From positions 320,001 to 384,000 of the forward strand of contig CAWCLO010000010.1 of NCBI GenBank assembly GCA_963796455.1: 64,000 nt of DNA, written 5' to 3'. The translations under genes and the position numbers were made by a program. Numbering within the stretch: the first letter of the stretch is position 1; each line of letters starts with the position of its first letter. The notes below the pieces were generated by a model that was not told the DNA's origin, searched no databases, and saw nothing but the letters and a program-made list of their open reading frames with translations. This document shows, in pieces, positions 9,432 through 18,704 of the stretch. This DNA comes from Candidatus Sulfomarinibacteraceae bacterium (GTDB taxonomy: Bacteria > Acidobacteriota > Thermoanaerobaculia > Thermoanaerobaculales > Sulfomarinibacteraceae).

Positions 9432-9460
9432 GGCCACCCTGCCGGGTGGCCTTTTTCTTT
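9432..9460. terminator. Intrinsic terminator, probably bidirectional
   Basis: GGCCACCC-tgcc-GGGTGGCC followed by TTTTTCTTT, between convergent genes. Confidence 0.85.
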
Positions 9461-12425
9461 ATCTGGTTCCGGGAAAGAGCCTCAGGAACGAGATCCGCAA
9501 CGCGACGCCGCCCTGACCCGGTCCGGCAAGGGCGTAGCCGACATCGAAGTTCATGATGAGTTGCCATGGCAAGGTCAACGTTCCGTTGACACCGATGCCG
9601 GCCAGCAGTTCGTGGTCGAGACCGGTGGAAGCATTGGTGGCCCATACCGCATCGCCCTGGACCTGGAAGCGGATCTTGTCGAAATAGTTGAGCCCATAGG
9701 AGAGGTGGGCACCTTCGGCTCTCTCGGCGCGAACCAGACCGCTCGGGTAGCCGGCCACGGACGAATCACCAAATATGCCGAAATCGTATCCCGAAAATCG
9801 ATCGAGACGTTCACCATCGAGGTGTTCGAGGGTGAGGCCGATCGATCGGAAATTGGCCAACCACCAGGTCTTGGTAAAAAACGCCTGCCAACGAAGATAA
9901 TCCTGCTGATCGGGATCGTATTCGTCATTTCCCGGCAAGCCCCAATAGGCCCACGTCGAACGGTGGTTGGCAGCGGCCGAGAGACCCAGGCGGTAGCCTC
10001 GCCGGTTGTACTGCACTTCACCTTTGAAGACGTGGGTCGATGTGTCGGGGGGCACAACAAAATCTTCCGCCGTATCGTCGGCACGATCGTAGTCGTTGTA
10101 GCGCAAACGATAGGTCGCTTCGAAAGAGAGAAACTTTCCGAGCGGCCGTCCTACATAGACCGATGCATAGGCCTGTCTGCTCTTCACATTCTCTTCCGGC
10201 ACGACCGACCCATCGCGGTAGAGCTCGTCGGTGGCCTTGAAAAAGAGGCCGCCGAAGGTCGCTCCACCATTCCAGCGGCTGCCGAAGAGCCGGGGGTCGG
10301 CGATGCTCCCGTTGACAACGGCTCCGGCGAAGAAGAGGTTGAACTGGGCGCCGGTGTCCCGGACATCGAGATCGAGGTAATTGACACCGAGGAGGGGAAT
10401 CGGAAAATCCACCGATTCGTCCCAGAACACGCCGCCGAGCAGAAAGAGCCGGTCGCTGTCGAGTTTGTTCTCGACGTAGCGCTCGCCGCTTTTGTCGGTG
10501 CGTAAAAAACGCAGACCTTCGTCGGTCTCGCGCAGCATCGTGGCCTCGGAGGCAAGGGCCGCCTCACGATTTTGATCGAAATTCCCGCCGTTGATCCGCA
10601 CGTCGGTGAGCACAGTCTCGATCTCCACCGGCAGGGTGCTACTGAGGATCGAGAATGTCTGTTGACCTGAAATCACCAGGGGTAGAATGAACGCATCCCG
10701 CGACCACGCCGTCGGACGTCCGTCGGCATCCAACGGCGTGAAAGTGAATATCTCCTCGTTCGAAAGGACGGCGCCTTCGAGACCGATCTGGGTCGCCCGG
10801 GTCCGCACCCTGGCGTAGATTTCCCGATCGACCCAGACGGTCCCGCGATAGAGGTTCCGTCCCGGAGCGGCGTCGATCGGTCGGAAGTCGATCACCCAGC
10901 AATCACGACCCTCGACAATGTCGGTGCCGCGAAGCCGGTAGCGGTAGTCCTTGGTGAGGCGGATCTCGGCCGGGAGGGAGGCGACTTTCTCCGGTTGGAT
11001 CAACGGGACCTCGGGCATCCGTTTCGATCGCCACTTGACACCGCTGACAAAAAAATCCTGCCAGACCCAATCGAAGCCGCTGCCTCGCCGGAAGAAGAAG
11101 TCACCGGCGTAACCGACCTCGATGGCGCCCTGCACGGCCTGCAGTCGGAAATGAATGGTCCGACGCGCCTGGTAGTGGTCGAGGCGACGGGCCTGGTCGT
11201 CCTCGACCGCCTGGAGTCGTCGAAGGATCTCCTCCACCGGCATCTGCCGGTCTCCCTCGATATCGATCTCGCCACCGAAGAAATCCTCATCAATGGCCGC
11301 CCGTCGTTCTAGACGGAGCAATACGACGTCATCGGGTTCGTCGATCGTGACCTTGATTCTTCGGGCGGTGCGCTGAACGTCGTACAAGGGGTCCACATCT
11401 CCGGATCGAAGATCGACCCGGTCCGGGGCCCCGAGTTGGAGATCGTCAAAACCGAGTTCGAGGGATTTCTGGCCCGGCCCGGGAAACGCGATGACGCGAA
11501 GGTCGAGATTCTCGAGCACAAAGGCCCAGACCCGGGCTGTCCCCTGGGGAGCCGAAGCGGAATCCAACACAGGCTGACCTCGAAGCTCGCGGGCCATGAC
11601 CTTGAGCGCAGTCAGATCGAGCGGCCGGGAATCATCGGCGTCGAAAAGCACCACGGCACAACCGACCGCCGCACCCTCCGCGACACGCGCCACGGACAGC
11701 ATCGGTTCACTCGGCCACTCGACTGAATCCAGGACGACCGGTTTTCCCGGATCAAGATCCGCGAGCACGGAAATGGCGGCGCCCACTCCGGCCTCCGGCT
11801 TCAGAGCCACCAGATCGAGGTAAGCCGCGACTTCTTCGCCGTACACATCCTGGAGGTAACGCGGATCCGCGCCGAATGGCCCGCCGACAAATTGTGCATC
11901 CGGCGCCGCACCCGTTGTTGCCACGGCAGCCTTTTTGAGGAGAAAGGCGTGATCCTTCGCGGTCGGTGTACCGCCCGTGGGTTCCCATACGCCCTGGACG
12001 AAGGCACCCGATCCAGCCGCCCTGGCCAACGCGGCGAGCTCGCGCAACTCGGATTCGAGTTCGGAGATATGTTCCTCGAGAGGCGCGGGAGAACGAAACT
12101 CGGCGCGGAGCCACGGCGTGGCCCCTGACTCACGAACAACCTGGATGACCGAGGTCTCGGCCGAACCGTCGAGCGCAACCTGCCACGCCACAAAAAATGT
12201 GTCCTCAACATCCAACTGCGGCTCGGACCTCAGTTGCGCAATGATCCGACTCGGATCGTCGATGACGACACCCGCTGCAACCGAAGTCTTGAGTTCACCG
12301 GCATGGGCCGCGGCCACACTCATGAAAAGAGCCATAAGACCCGCGATCACCGCTGGGATTCTCAAAAACACCCTCCGTCTGCGAAACAGAACGCGATCAC
12401 TCGATTCATTCTTCCAATCGGGCAC
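9459..12425 (-). CDS. Large multidomain secreted/outer-membrane protein; start uncertain
   Basis: 988-aa ORF; signal-peptide-like N-terminus; central LolA/sorting-protein-like segment (YRYRLRG...CWVIDFRP...GTVWVD); amphipathic beta-rich C-terminus. Confidence 0.7.
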   Translation of the reverse strand: MPDWKNESSDRVLFRRRRVFLRIPAVIAGLMALFMSVAAAHAGELKTSVAAGVVIDDPSRIIAQLRSEPQLDVEDTFFVAWQVALDGSAETSVIQVVRESGATPWLRAEFRSPAPLEEHISELESELRELAALARAAGSGAFVQGVWEPTGGTPTAKDHAFLLKKAAVATTGAAPDAQFVGGPFGADPRYLQDVYGEEVAAYLDLVALKPEAGVGAAISVLADLDPGKPVVLDSVEWPSEPMLSVARVAEGAAVGCAVVLFDADDSRPLDLTALKVMARELRGQPVLDSASAPQGTARVWAFVLENLDLRVIAFPGPGQKSLELGFDDLQLGAPDRVDLRSGDVDPLYDVQRTARRIKVTIDEPDDVVLLRLERRAAIDEDFFGGEIDIEGDRQMPVEEILRRLQAVEDDQARRLDHYQARRTIHFRLQAVQGAIEVGYAGDFFFRRGSGFDWVWQDFFVSGVKWRSKRMPEVPLIQPEKVASLPAEIRLTKDYRYRLRGTDIVEGRDCWVIDFRPIDAAPGRNLYRGTVWVDREIYARVRTRATQIGLEGAVLSNEEIFTFTPLDADGRPTAWSRDAFILPLVISGQQTFSILSSTLPVEIETVLTDVRINGGNFDQNREAALASEATMLRETDEGLRFLRTDKSGERYVENKLDSDRLFLLGGVFWDESVDFPIPLLGVNYLDLDVRDTGAQFNLFFAGAVVNGSIADPRLFGSRWNGGATFGGLFFKATDELYRDGSVVPEENVKSRQAYASVYVGRPLGKFLSFEATYRLRYNDYDRADDTAEDFVVPPDTSTHVFKGEVQYNRRGYRLGLSAAANHRSTWAYWGLPGNDEYDPDQQDYLRWQAFFTKTWWLANFRSIGLTLEHLDGERLDRFSGYDFGIFGDSSVAGYPSGLVRAERAEGAHLSYGLNYFDKIRFQVQGDAVWATNASTGLDHELLAGIGVNGTLTLPWQLIMNFDVGYALAGPGQGGVALRISFLRLFPGTR

Positions 12426-12427
12426 AC

Positions 12428-12458
12428 AAAAACGGCCCCCCGCGGAGCGGGAGGCCGT
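12428..12458 (-). terminator. Intrinsic terminator after the 12488-13255 gene
   Basis: Minus strand ACGGCCTCCCGC-tcc-GCGGGGGGCCGT-TTTT. Confidence 0.75.
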
Positions 12459-12487
12459 AGATCATACCGTATGGGCCTTTGCCGCTT

Positions 12488-13255
12488 TTACTTTTTCTGT
12501 GCAGCTGCAGCTGCCTTGGCCTTGGCGGCTTCCTGCTTGAGAAAGTCCTCGTGCTGCTTTTTGATGTCCTTCCAGTTCTTTTTGAAGTACTGTTCCTCTT
12601 CTTTTGTCAGGATCCGGAACGGGACCCGAACCATGCTGTTTTCGAATTTGACGTTGAGGTAGTACTGGCCCGTCGTGATACCGCCCGGAATCTGAAAAAA
12701 GATCCGCCCGAGGCACCCACGCTGGAAGTTCAGTTCGTACTCGTCAAAGGAGACCATCCCGTTCGCCTGGGTCACGTCGGCAAAAAAACCGATGCGACAG
12801 GCCTGGTTCGCCTCCGCCGGGAAATAGTTGATCGAGTCGCGAACCGTGTCCGCCCGTTGATTCAAGGCCCGCAAGGACCCGGCCTTCGAGAATTCCGGCT
12901 GGGTGGCCATGGCGACGGTCGATTCGTCGGGCAGGGTCAGCGAGAAGGCTCCGCGTTCGAGCTTCTGGCCGGGGGTCGGTTTGCGGATGGTCGTTCCGAC
13001 CTCGAGCAACATCCAATCATCCCCCTGCGAACTATTGGCCGTCCGATAGCCGAGTGTGACCCACCCCTCGTTGTTATAGGCGATCCGCACAAACTGGCCG
13101 GTAAGAGTGAAGACTTCGGGAACACTCGGCTGCGGGACTTCGACCTCCTGCCCACCGGCTTTGATGACTTCTTTTTGTTGGGCATCTCCCGATGCAGCAA
13201 AACCGAATAACGCCACCAGGGCACATCCGACGAGTACCATTCCTTTGAATTTCAT
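12488..13255 (-). CDS. Secreted hypothetical protein
   Basis: Signal peptide from MKFKG; SD GGAG; coding-like composition; two Cys in the mature region. Confidence 0.75.
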   Translation of the reverse strand: MKFKGMVLVGCALVALFGFAASGDAQQKEVIKAGGQEVEVPQPSVPEVFTLTGQFVRIAYNNEGWVTLGYRTANSSQGDDWMLLEVGTTIRKPTPGQKLERGAFSLTLPDESTVAMATQPEFSKAGSLRALNQRADTVRDSINYFPAEANQACRIGFFADVTQANGMVSFDEYELNFQRGCLGRIFFQIPGGITTGQYYLNVKFENSMVRVPFRILTKEEEQYFKKNWKDIKKQHEDFLKQEAAKAKAAAAAQKK

Positions 13256-13416
13256 GACAAAGCTCCTTTGTTCCTGTTCGTGCCATCTGCCGCATGCAGA
13301 CGTCAACCGATCATCGTGTGTTGACTGATGAACGCTCATATCATCGCAGATCCACCGGAGGAGCGCCAATGAGCGACCGTCATGATACTCTCCAAGAACG
13401 AATGATCAGGGAGGCC

Positions 13417-13941
13417 ATGATGTTTCAAGATTTTGCCAATATTCGTTCCACGGTCCTTATCGCCGTTGCGTTCGTGTTCGCGATCGCAGCCCTCGCCCTG
13501 CCGGCCTCCGCCCAGGAGCCGACCCCCGTTCCGGAGCAGGAAACCGCCCCGGCTGCCGCAGCAGAACCCGCACCTGAAGCCGCCGCAACCGCTCCACAAC
13601 CGGTCTCGAACTCGGCCAAAATCGCAACTGTCTATCGCAACGGATACAAGGTCACTATCAGTGGCAAATCGCAGGCCACCGGCACCTTTACCATTGCCTT
13701 CAAGGCCAACCAGGAAGATCCGATCACCTCCACAGTCAACGTCGTCAAGGGGATGCAGGCCAAGAAGATCGCTCAGGACCTGGCCAAGGAACTGACCATC
13801 GCTGCCGGGAGCCGCTACAAGGTCAAACAGAACGGCACCAAAGTGACGGTCAAGAAGGCCAACAAAAAGTCTCCCGCGTTGGCGATTCAGATCACCGAGC
13901 AAAAGCTGACCGGTGTCGCCCTGTTGATCAGCGGGCTCTAG
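13417..13941 (+). CDS. Secreted hypothetical protein with an Ala/Pro/Glu linker and a Lys-rich domain
   Basis: SD GGAGG; signal peptide ending ASA-Q; low-complexity linker. Confidence 0.7.
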   Translation: MMFQDFANIRSTVLIAVAFVFAIAALALPASAQEPTPVPEQETAPAAAAEPAPEAAATAPQPVSNSAKIATVYRNGYKVTISGKSQATGTFTIAFKANQEDPITSTVNVVKGMQAKKIAQDLAKELTIAAGSRYKVKQNGTKVTVKKANKKSPALAIQITEQKLTGVALLISGL

Positions 13942-14299
13942 GTTCCGGACACCCGGACCCACCGGCGGGTATTGGATCGGCATGAGGTTCCGCCCGCTTC
14001 GGGGCGAATCGAACAGGATCGACAGACCCTGCGGCGTCGCATTCGCCACACCCCGATCCACAGAATGAGTTGCGCCCGGAGTATTTTCCGGTTAGGCTCG
14101 TAGTTGGTTCCCGTGGATAACGCCCGCCCCCTGATCTGAGGCGTCGGCGCCCGGGTTTCACGCTCCGGATGAACGAGATCGTAATCAGTGCGTGTTTCGT
14201 CCGGATTGCTCGAGAAGGCAATGGCCTGCAATTTCTGTGACCGGTGTTTGTCGAGGTCACTGTGAGCGGGCACGATGTGTTCCCGACGAGAGGATTTGG

Positions 14300-15502
14300 A
14301 TGAGCGATAACAAAGATCAGCAGCAACCACAACAGCGCAAGTCCGGATCGCGGCGTCGCCGGCGGCGTCCGCGGCGCCGTCAGGGCCCGCAGGGCCCGCC
14401 GATACAGGTGGAGGGCTACCTGTGGGTGCGTGACAACGGCGGCCCATTGCTGGTCACATCGAAGCGCAATTTCGTCGCTGACCGGTCGGATCCGACGGTA
14501 CCGGTTGAACTCATTCGACCTCTGCACCTCGAAAGCGGTCTTCATCTCTCCGGCCAGGCATTTTCCGGAGACCGGCCGCGTATGAGCTCCATTGAAAAGA
14601 TCGAAGGCCTGGAGCCGGAGGTCTACCGCAACAAGGCCATACCCTTCACCGAATTGATCAGTATCGATCCGTTGGAGCGTTTCGAACTCGAGACCGATTC
14701 GGAGCTTGTCGAACCAAGGGTGGCCCAGCTCATCGCCCCGCTCGGCATGGGTCAACGTTGCCTGATCGTCTCTCCCCCAAAAGCGGGAAAGACCACGCTC
14801 CTGCAGCAGATGGCCCACGCGATCGCAGTCAACCACGCCGATACCACGATCTTTGTCCTCCTTGTGGACGAACGACCGGAAGAAGTCACTGATTGGAAGC
14901 GGAGCATCGCCCGCGGCGAAGTCTTTGCATCCTCGACCGATCAATCGCTCGAGTCCCATATCCAGGTGTCGGAGATGGTCTTCGAGCGCGCTCGGCGACT
15001 GGTCGAGATGGGTGAGAATGTCGTCGTCTTCATGGACTCGCTGACAAGAATGTCACGCGCTTTCAATAATTTACAAAAAGGATCGGGGAGGATTCTCTCC
15101 GGCGGAATTGATGCGCGAACGATGGAGAAACCGCGCCGCTTCTTTGGATCGGCCCGCAACGTCGAGGACGGCGGCAGCCTGACCGTGGTCGCGACCTGCC
15201 TGGTCGACACGGGGTCGCGGATGGACGAGGTCATTTTCCAGGAGTTCAAAGGCACCGGCAATATGGAGCTGGTTCTCGACCGCAAGCTCTTCGAGAAGAG
15301 GATCTTTCCGACCATCAACATCCCACAATCGGGAACAAGGAAAGAGGAGAAGCTCTACCCGAAAGACCAGGTCGAAAAGCTTTATCTGATGCGCCGCGCC
15401 CTCTCGTCCCTGTCGCCGGAGGCTGCGATGGAACTCTTGTTGCAAAAGGTCCGCGAGTTTTCGACCAACGAGAAGTTCCTGGCATCTCTGCAGCTCAAAT
15501 AG
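14300..15502 (+). CDS. rho: Transcription termination factor Rho with an atypical N-terminus
   Basis: PPKAGKTT Walker A; LLVDERPEEVTD, DSLTRMSRAFN, EFKGTGNMEL and SGTRKEEKL motifs. Confidence 0.93.
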   Translation: MSDNKDQQQPQQRKSGSRRRRRRPRRRQGPQGPPIQVEGYLWVRDNGGPLLVTSKRNFVADRSDPTVPVELIRPLHLESGLHLSGQAFSGDRPRMSSIEKIEGLEPEVYRNKAIPFTELISIDPLERFELETDSELVEPRVAQLIAPLGMGQRCLIVSPPKAGKTTLLQQMAHAIAVNHADTTIFVLLVDERPEEVTDWKRSIARGEVFASSTDQSLESHIQVSEMVFERARRLVEMGENVVVFMDSLTRMSRAFNNLQKGSGRILSGGIDARTMEKPRRFFGSARNVEDGGSLTVVATCLVDTGSRMDEVIFQEFKGTGNMELVLDRKLFEKRIFPTINIPQSGTRKEEKLYPKDQVEKLYLMRRALSSLSPEAAMELLLQKVREFSTNEKFLASLQLK

Positions 15503-15545
15503 GGGCCTCGGAAAGAGTTTGTATCGAGATCCTATCTCAAGCATA

Positions 15546-16679
15546 ATGTCGGCAATGAACATGAACCCCGCCAAACTCAGGCTTCGTGATCGCTCGCTCG
15601 AACCGGTGGCCGAAAAGGTCCTCGCAGGGTCGCGACTGGATCGTGATGATGGTTTGTTGTTGGCAACCACCGATGATCTCCTCGGTGTCGGCCGTCTGGC
15701 AAACCTCGTACGCGAGGGTCTTCACGGCGATACCACCTACTACAACATCAACCGTCATCTGAACCCGACCAATGTCTGTGTGGCTTCGTGCAAGCTGTGC
15801 GCGTTCTATGTACCGTGGCGTGATCGTGACGGAGGATGGACCTACAGCGTTGAACAAGCTGTTGAAATCGCCGCCCGCGACGTGGACGAATCGGTCTCGG
15901 AGCTTCACATCGTCGGCGGTCTCCACCCCAAGTTGCTGGCCGAATATTATGAGGATCTGTTTCGCGCCCTCAAGACCAGGTTCCCGTGGATCCACCTCAA
16001 GGCCTTGACGATGGTCGAACTCGATTTCATTGCCAAAGCTTCGAGAATGAGCCTCGACGACCTGATCGATCGACTGCATGCGGCCGGACTCGACTCCTGT
16101 CCGGGCGGCGGCGCGGAGATCTTTGCCGAACGGGTGCGCTCTCAGATCTGCGACCACAAGACCGATGGCGGACGGTGGCTCGAGATCGCCGGCACCGTAC
16201 ATCGCGCCGGCATTCCTTCGAACTGCACCATGTTGTACGGACACGTCGAGACCGCAGCGGAAAGGGTGGACCATCTCCTGGCTCTGCGCGAACTGCAGGA
16301 CGAGACCGGCGGTTTCCAGTGTCTGATCCCGCTCGCGTTCCACCCCGAAAACACCGAACTCGACCACCTGCCTCCAACCGGGGGCCGTCTCGATCTTCAG
16401 ACCATCGCGGTGTCTCGCCTGCTGTTGGACAATGTCCCCCACCTGAAGGCGTATTGGATCATGCTCGGCGAGAAGGTCGCCCAGGTTGCCCAGCAATTCG
16501 GAGCCAACGACCTCGATGGAACGATCTTCGACGAGCGTATTACCCGCGCCGCCGGCGGCGAGGCCGGGGCCGGTATGGCGATTGATCGCCTGCAGCGTCT
16601 GATCACCGAGGCGGGAAGGGTCCCGGTGCTGAGGGACACACTGTACCGTCCGATCGAGCCGGCCACAGTCGTCGCCTGA
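15546..16679 (+). CDS. mqnE: Aminofutalosine synthase (radical SAM, futalosine menaquinone pathway); start approximate
   Basis: NPTNVCVASCKLCAF CxxxCxxC; PGGGAEIF, TMLYGHVET and HLKAYWIMLG motifs. Confidence 0.85.
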   Translation: MSAMNMNPAKLRLRDRSLEPVAEKVLAGSRLDRDDGLLLATTDDLLGVGRLANLVREGLHGDTTYYNINRHLNPTNVCVASCKLCAFYVPWRDRDGGWTYSVEQAVEIAARDVDESVSELHIVGGLHPKLLAEYYEDLFRALKTRFPWIHLKALTMVELDFIAKASRMSLDDLIDRLHAAGLDSCPGGGAEIFAERVRSQICDHKTDGGRWLEIAGTVHRAGIPSNCTMLYGHVETAAERVDHLLALRELQDETGGFQCLIPLAFHPENTELDHLPPTGGRLDLQTIAVSRLLLDNVPHLKAYWIMLGEKVAQVAQQFGANDLDGTIFDERITRAAGGEAGAGMAIDRLQRLITEAGRVPVLRDTLYRPIEPATVVA

Positions 16680-16755
16680 GATCCCGATAAGGTTTGATTT
16701 CTGAGTTTCCGCGCACGCATCCAACGATCCTGTTGTCGTTCGGGAGCGATATGAC

Positions 16756-17223
16756 TCAAAACTTTTCTACTGCTCCCAGGAGCGACTCCGAGGCCCACAA
16801 AAGGTATTGAGCGACCACCGATTCGTGGCAGAGACGGGCGAGTTCGGGTGAGAACTGGATCGCGACGATCACCAAAAGCCCGAGCAGGAGGGCGGCAATC
16901 CCGGCCGCAAGACCGGCGCCGAGAAGACGGTTCATCCATCCGAGGTGGAGCGCTTTGAGCGTGTGTTCGATGCCCCAACCCGCCAGCAGAGCCAGCCCGA
17001 CACACAAGAGCACCAGCCCGAGACGCGCCAGAACCGCGGACAACCATGGCACGCCGACCACTCCATCGAGAAAGGCCTGGGCGTCGTCACCGGCGACTAC
17101 CGCCAGCCAGAGGCCGGCAATCAACCCGCCACCACCAAAGATGATGCGTACCGCCCCTTTCCAGAACCCCCCCAACGCGAGGCCGAGCCACACGACAATC
17201 AGGACCCAGTCGAGCACGCTCAT
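16756..17223 (-). CDS. cvpA: CvpA-family membrane protein
   Basis: LDWVLIV...GFWKGAVR, LGWMNRLLGAGL pattern; hydrophobic. Confidence 0.8.
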   Translation of the reverse strand: MSVLDWVLIVVWLGLALGGFWKGAVRIIFGGGGLIAGLWLAVVAGDDAQAFLDGVVGVPWLSAVLARLGLVLLCVGLALLAGWGIEHTLKALHLGWMNRLLGAGLAAGIAALLLGLLVIVAIQFSPELARLCHESVVAQYLLWASESLLGAVEKF

Positions 17224-17642
17224 GGGAGGAGGCTGACGGTCAGCCGAAGGAAATCGGCTTCGGTCACGATGCCAAGCAACCTGTTCTCGGAATCAACCAC
17301 CGGCAAACAGCCGTATTTGTTCTCGAGCAGAATCCGGGCTGCCTGCGAGACTCCGAGATCCGGAGGCACCGAAACCACATCCCTGTGCATGATCTCAACC
17401 ACCCGGACGGTCGAGAAGATCCGTCGCTGCTCGTTCGCTTCGACCTCGGCAAAGACCGAAAAGGACGCCGCCAAAAGATCGCGATGGGTGACGAGACCCA
17501 CCAGTTTCTGATCGCGAACGACCGGGAGGTGGCGGATTCGACCCTGAGCCATGCACCGTTGCGCATGGGCAAGGTTTTCATCCTCGGTCAGGGTGACCAC
17601 CTCGGTGGTCATGAGATCGCAGACTTCCATCTTGGCCGACAT
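17220..17642 (-). CDS. CBS-domain pair protein
   Basis: IRHLPVV...LVGLVTHRDL and GCLPVVD...LLGIVTEADF. Confidence 0.9.
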   Translation of the reverse strand: MSAKMEVCDLMTTEVVTLTEDENLAHAQRCMAQGRIRHLPVVRDQKLVGLVTHRDLLAASFSVFAEVEANEQRRIFSTVRVVEIMHRDVVSVPPDLGVSQAARILLENKYGCLPVVDSENRLLGIVTEADFLRLTVSLLP

Positions 17643-17680
17643 GATGAACCCCTGCGCTCAGTTTAACCCGAAAGAGGAGA

Positions 17681-17785
17681 TTTGAGTTTTGAGAATTGAG
17701 TTTTTGAGCTCCCGACGAAGGACCGGCAGCATCCTCCACGCGCGGCTCGAACAACTCAAAAAATGATCCCCAAACCTCAAAACTC
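17681..17785. repeat. Degenerate palindromic element built from ~7-bp TTGAG units
   Basis: GAGTTTTGAG (17684-17693) pairs with CTCAAAACTC (17776-17785); inner TTGAGTTTTTGAGC pairs imperfectly with GCTCGAACAACTCAA. Confidence 0.7.
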
Positions 17786-17788
17786 GGT

Positions 17789-18526
17789 CTAGATATACAA
17801 CCCACCCGAGATGTTCAACACCACGCCGGTGATGTAGGAGGCATCGGGCCCGGCGAGGAAGGAGACCGCCGCGGCCACATCGCCCGGGGTCCCGAGTCGC
17901 GGAATGGCGACACTCTTCATCAGAGCAGCGCGTTGGTCGTCGGTGAGCTTGTCGGTCATCGGTGTTTGAATGTACCCCGGCGCGACCGCGTTGACCGTCA
18001 CGTTCCGCGGACCGAGCTCTCGTGCCAGGCTCTTGGTGAATCCGATCAGCCCCGCCTTGGAGGCCGAGTAGTTGGCCTGTCCGGCGTTGCCCATCAACCC
18101 GACAACCGAGGCCACGTTGACGATGCGACCGCTTTTCGCACGCATCATCAGCTTCGCCACCGGCTGGGTCACCTTGAAGGCTCCATCGAGGTTGATTCCG
18201 AGAACCAGATCCCAGTCCTCGGGCTTCATGCGAACGAGCAACTGGTCACGGGTGATGCCGGCGTTGTTGACCAGGATGTCCAGTCGTCCATGCGTCTCGT
18301 GGATGGCCTTGACGCAATCGGCGGCCCCTTCGGCATCGGTGACATCGAGATGACGTCCTTCGGCCGAGCCCCCGGCCGTGGTGATCTCGTCCACGATCTC
18401 ATCGGTGTCGAGAACATCGGCGCAAACGACCGTTGCCCCGCCCCGAGCAAGCCGGCGTGCAATCTCCGCCCCGATTCCGCGCGCTCCCCCTGTTACCACC
18501 GCGACCTGTCCGTCAAAATCCCTCAT
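17789..18526 (-). CDS. fabG: 3-oxoacyl-ACP reductase
   Basis: TGGARGIG, NNAGITRD and GNAGQANYSASKAG motifs; fab operon context. Confidence 0.95.
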   Translation of the reverse strand: MRDFDGQVAVVTGGARGIGAEIARRLARGGATVVCADVLDTDEIVDEITTAGGSAEGRHLDVTDAEGAADCVKAIHETHGRLDILVNNAGITRDQLLVRMKPEDWDLVLGINLDGAFKVTQPVAKLMMRAKSGRIVNVASVVGLMGNAGQANYSASKAGLIGFTKSLARELGPRNVTVNAVAPGYIQTPMTDKLTDDQRAALMKSVAIPRLGTPGDVAAAVSFLAGPDASYITGVVLNISGGLYI

Positions 18527-18571
18527 CGCGTGATCTCCTATTCATGTGCTCGTGCGTTGAATGACGTATTG

Positions 18572-18701
18572 AACCACAAAGACACCAGGGACACCAGATC
18601 ACCACCACGACGAGGCGTCTGCGATTTGATCGAGGTCGATCATCGGCACCATCGATCTCAATTCAAAGAGAATCTTGGTGACCTCGGCATCGTGGTGGTG
18701 A
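18572..18701. repeat. REP-like intergenic palindromic element
   Basis: Perfect 12-bp inverted repeat TCACCACCACGA (18599-18610)/TCGTGGTGGTGA (18690-18701), plus a related arm AACCACAAAGACACCAGGGACACCAGA (18572-18598). Confidence 0.7.
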
Positions 18702-18704
18702 GAT

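Noticed and set aside
15537..16724. Long antisense ORFs (for example 15537-16724, 28643-29869, 54525-56042, 56266-57555)
   Set aside because: Shadow ORFs opposite well-supported genes, typical of GC-rich codon bias; no recognisable motifs.
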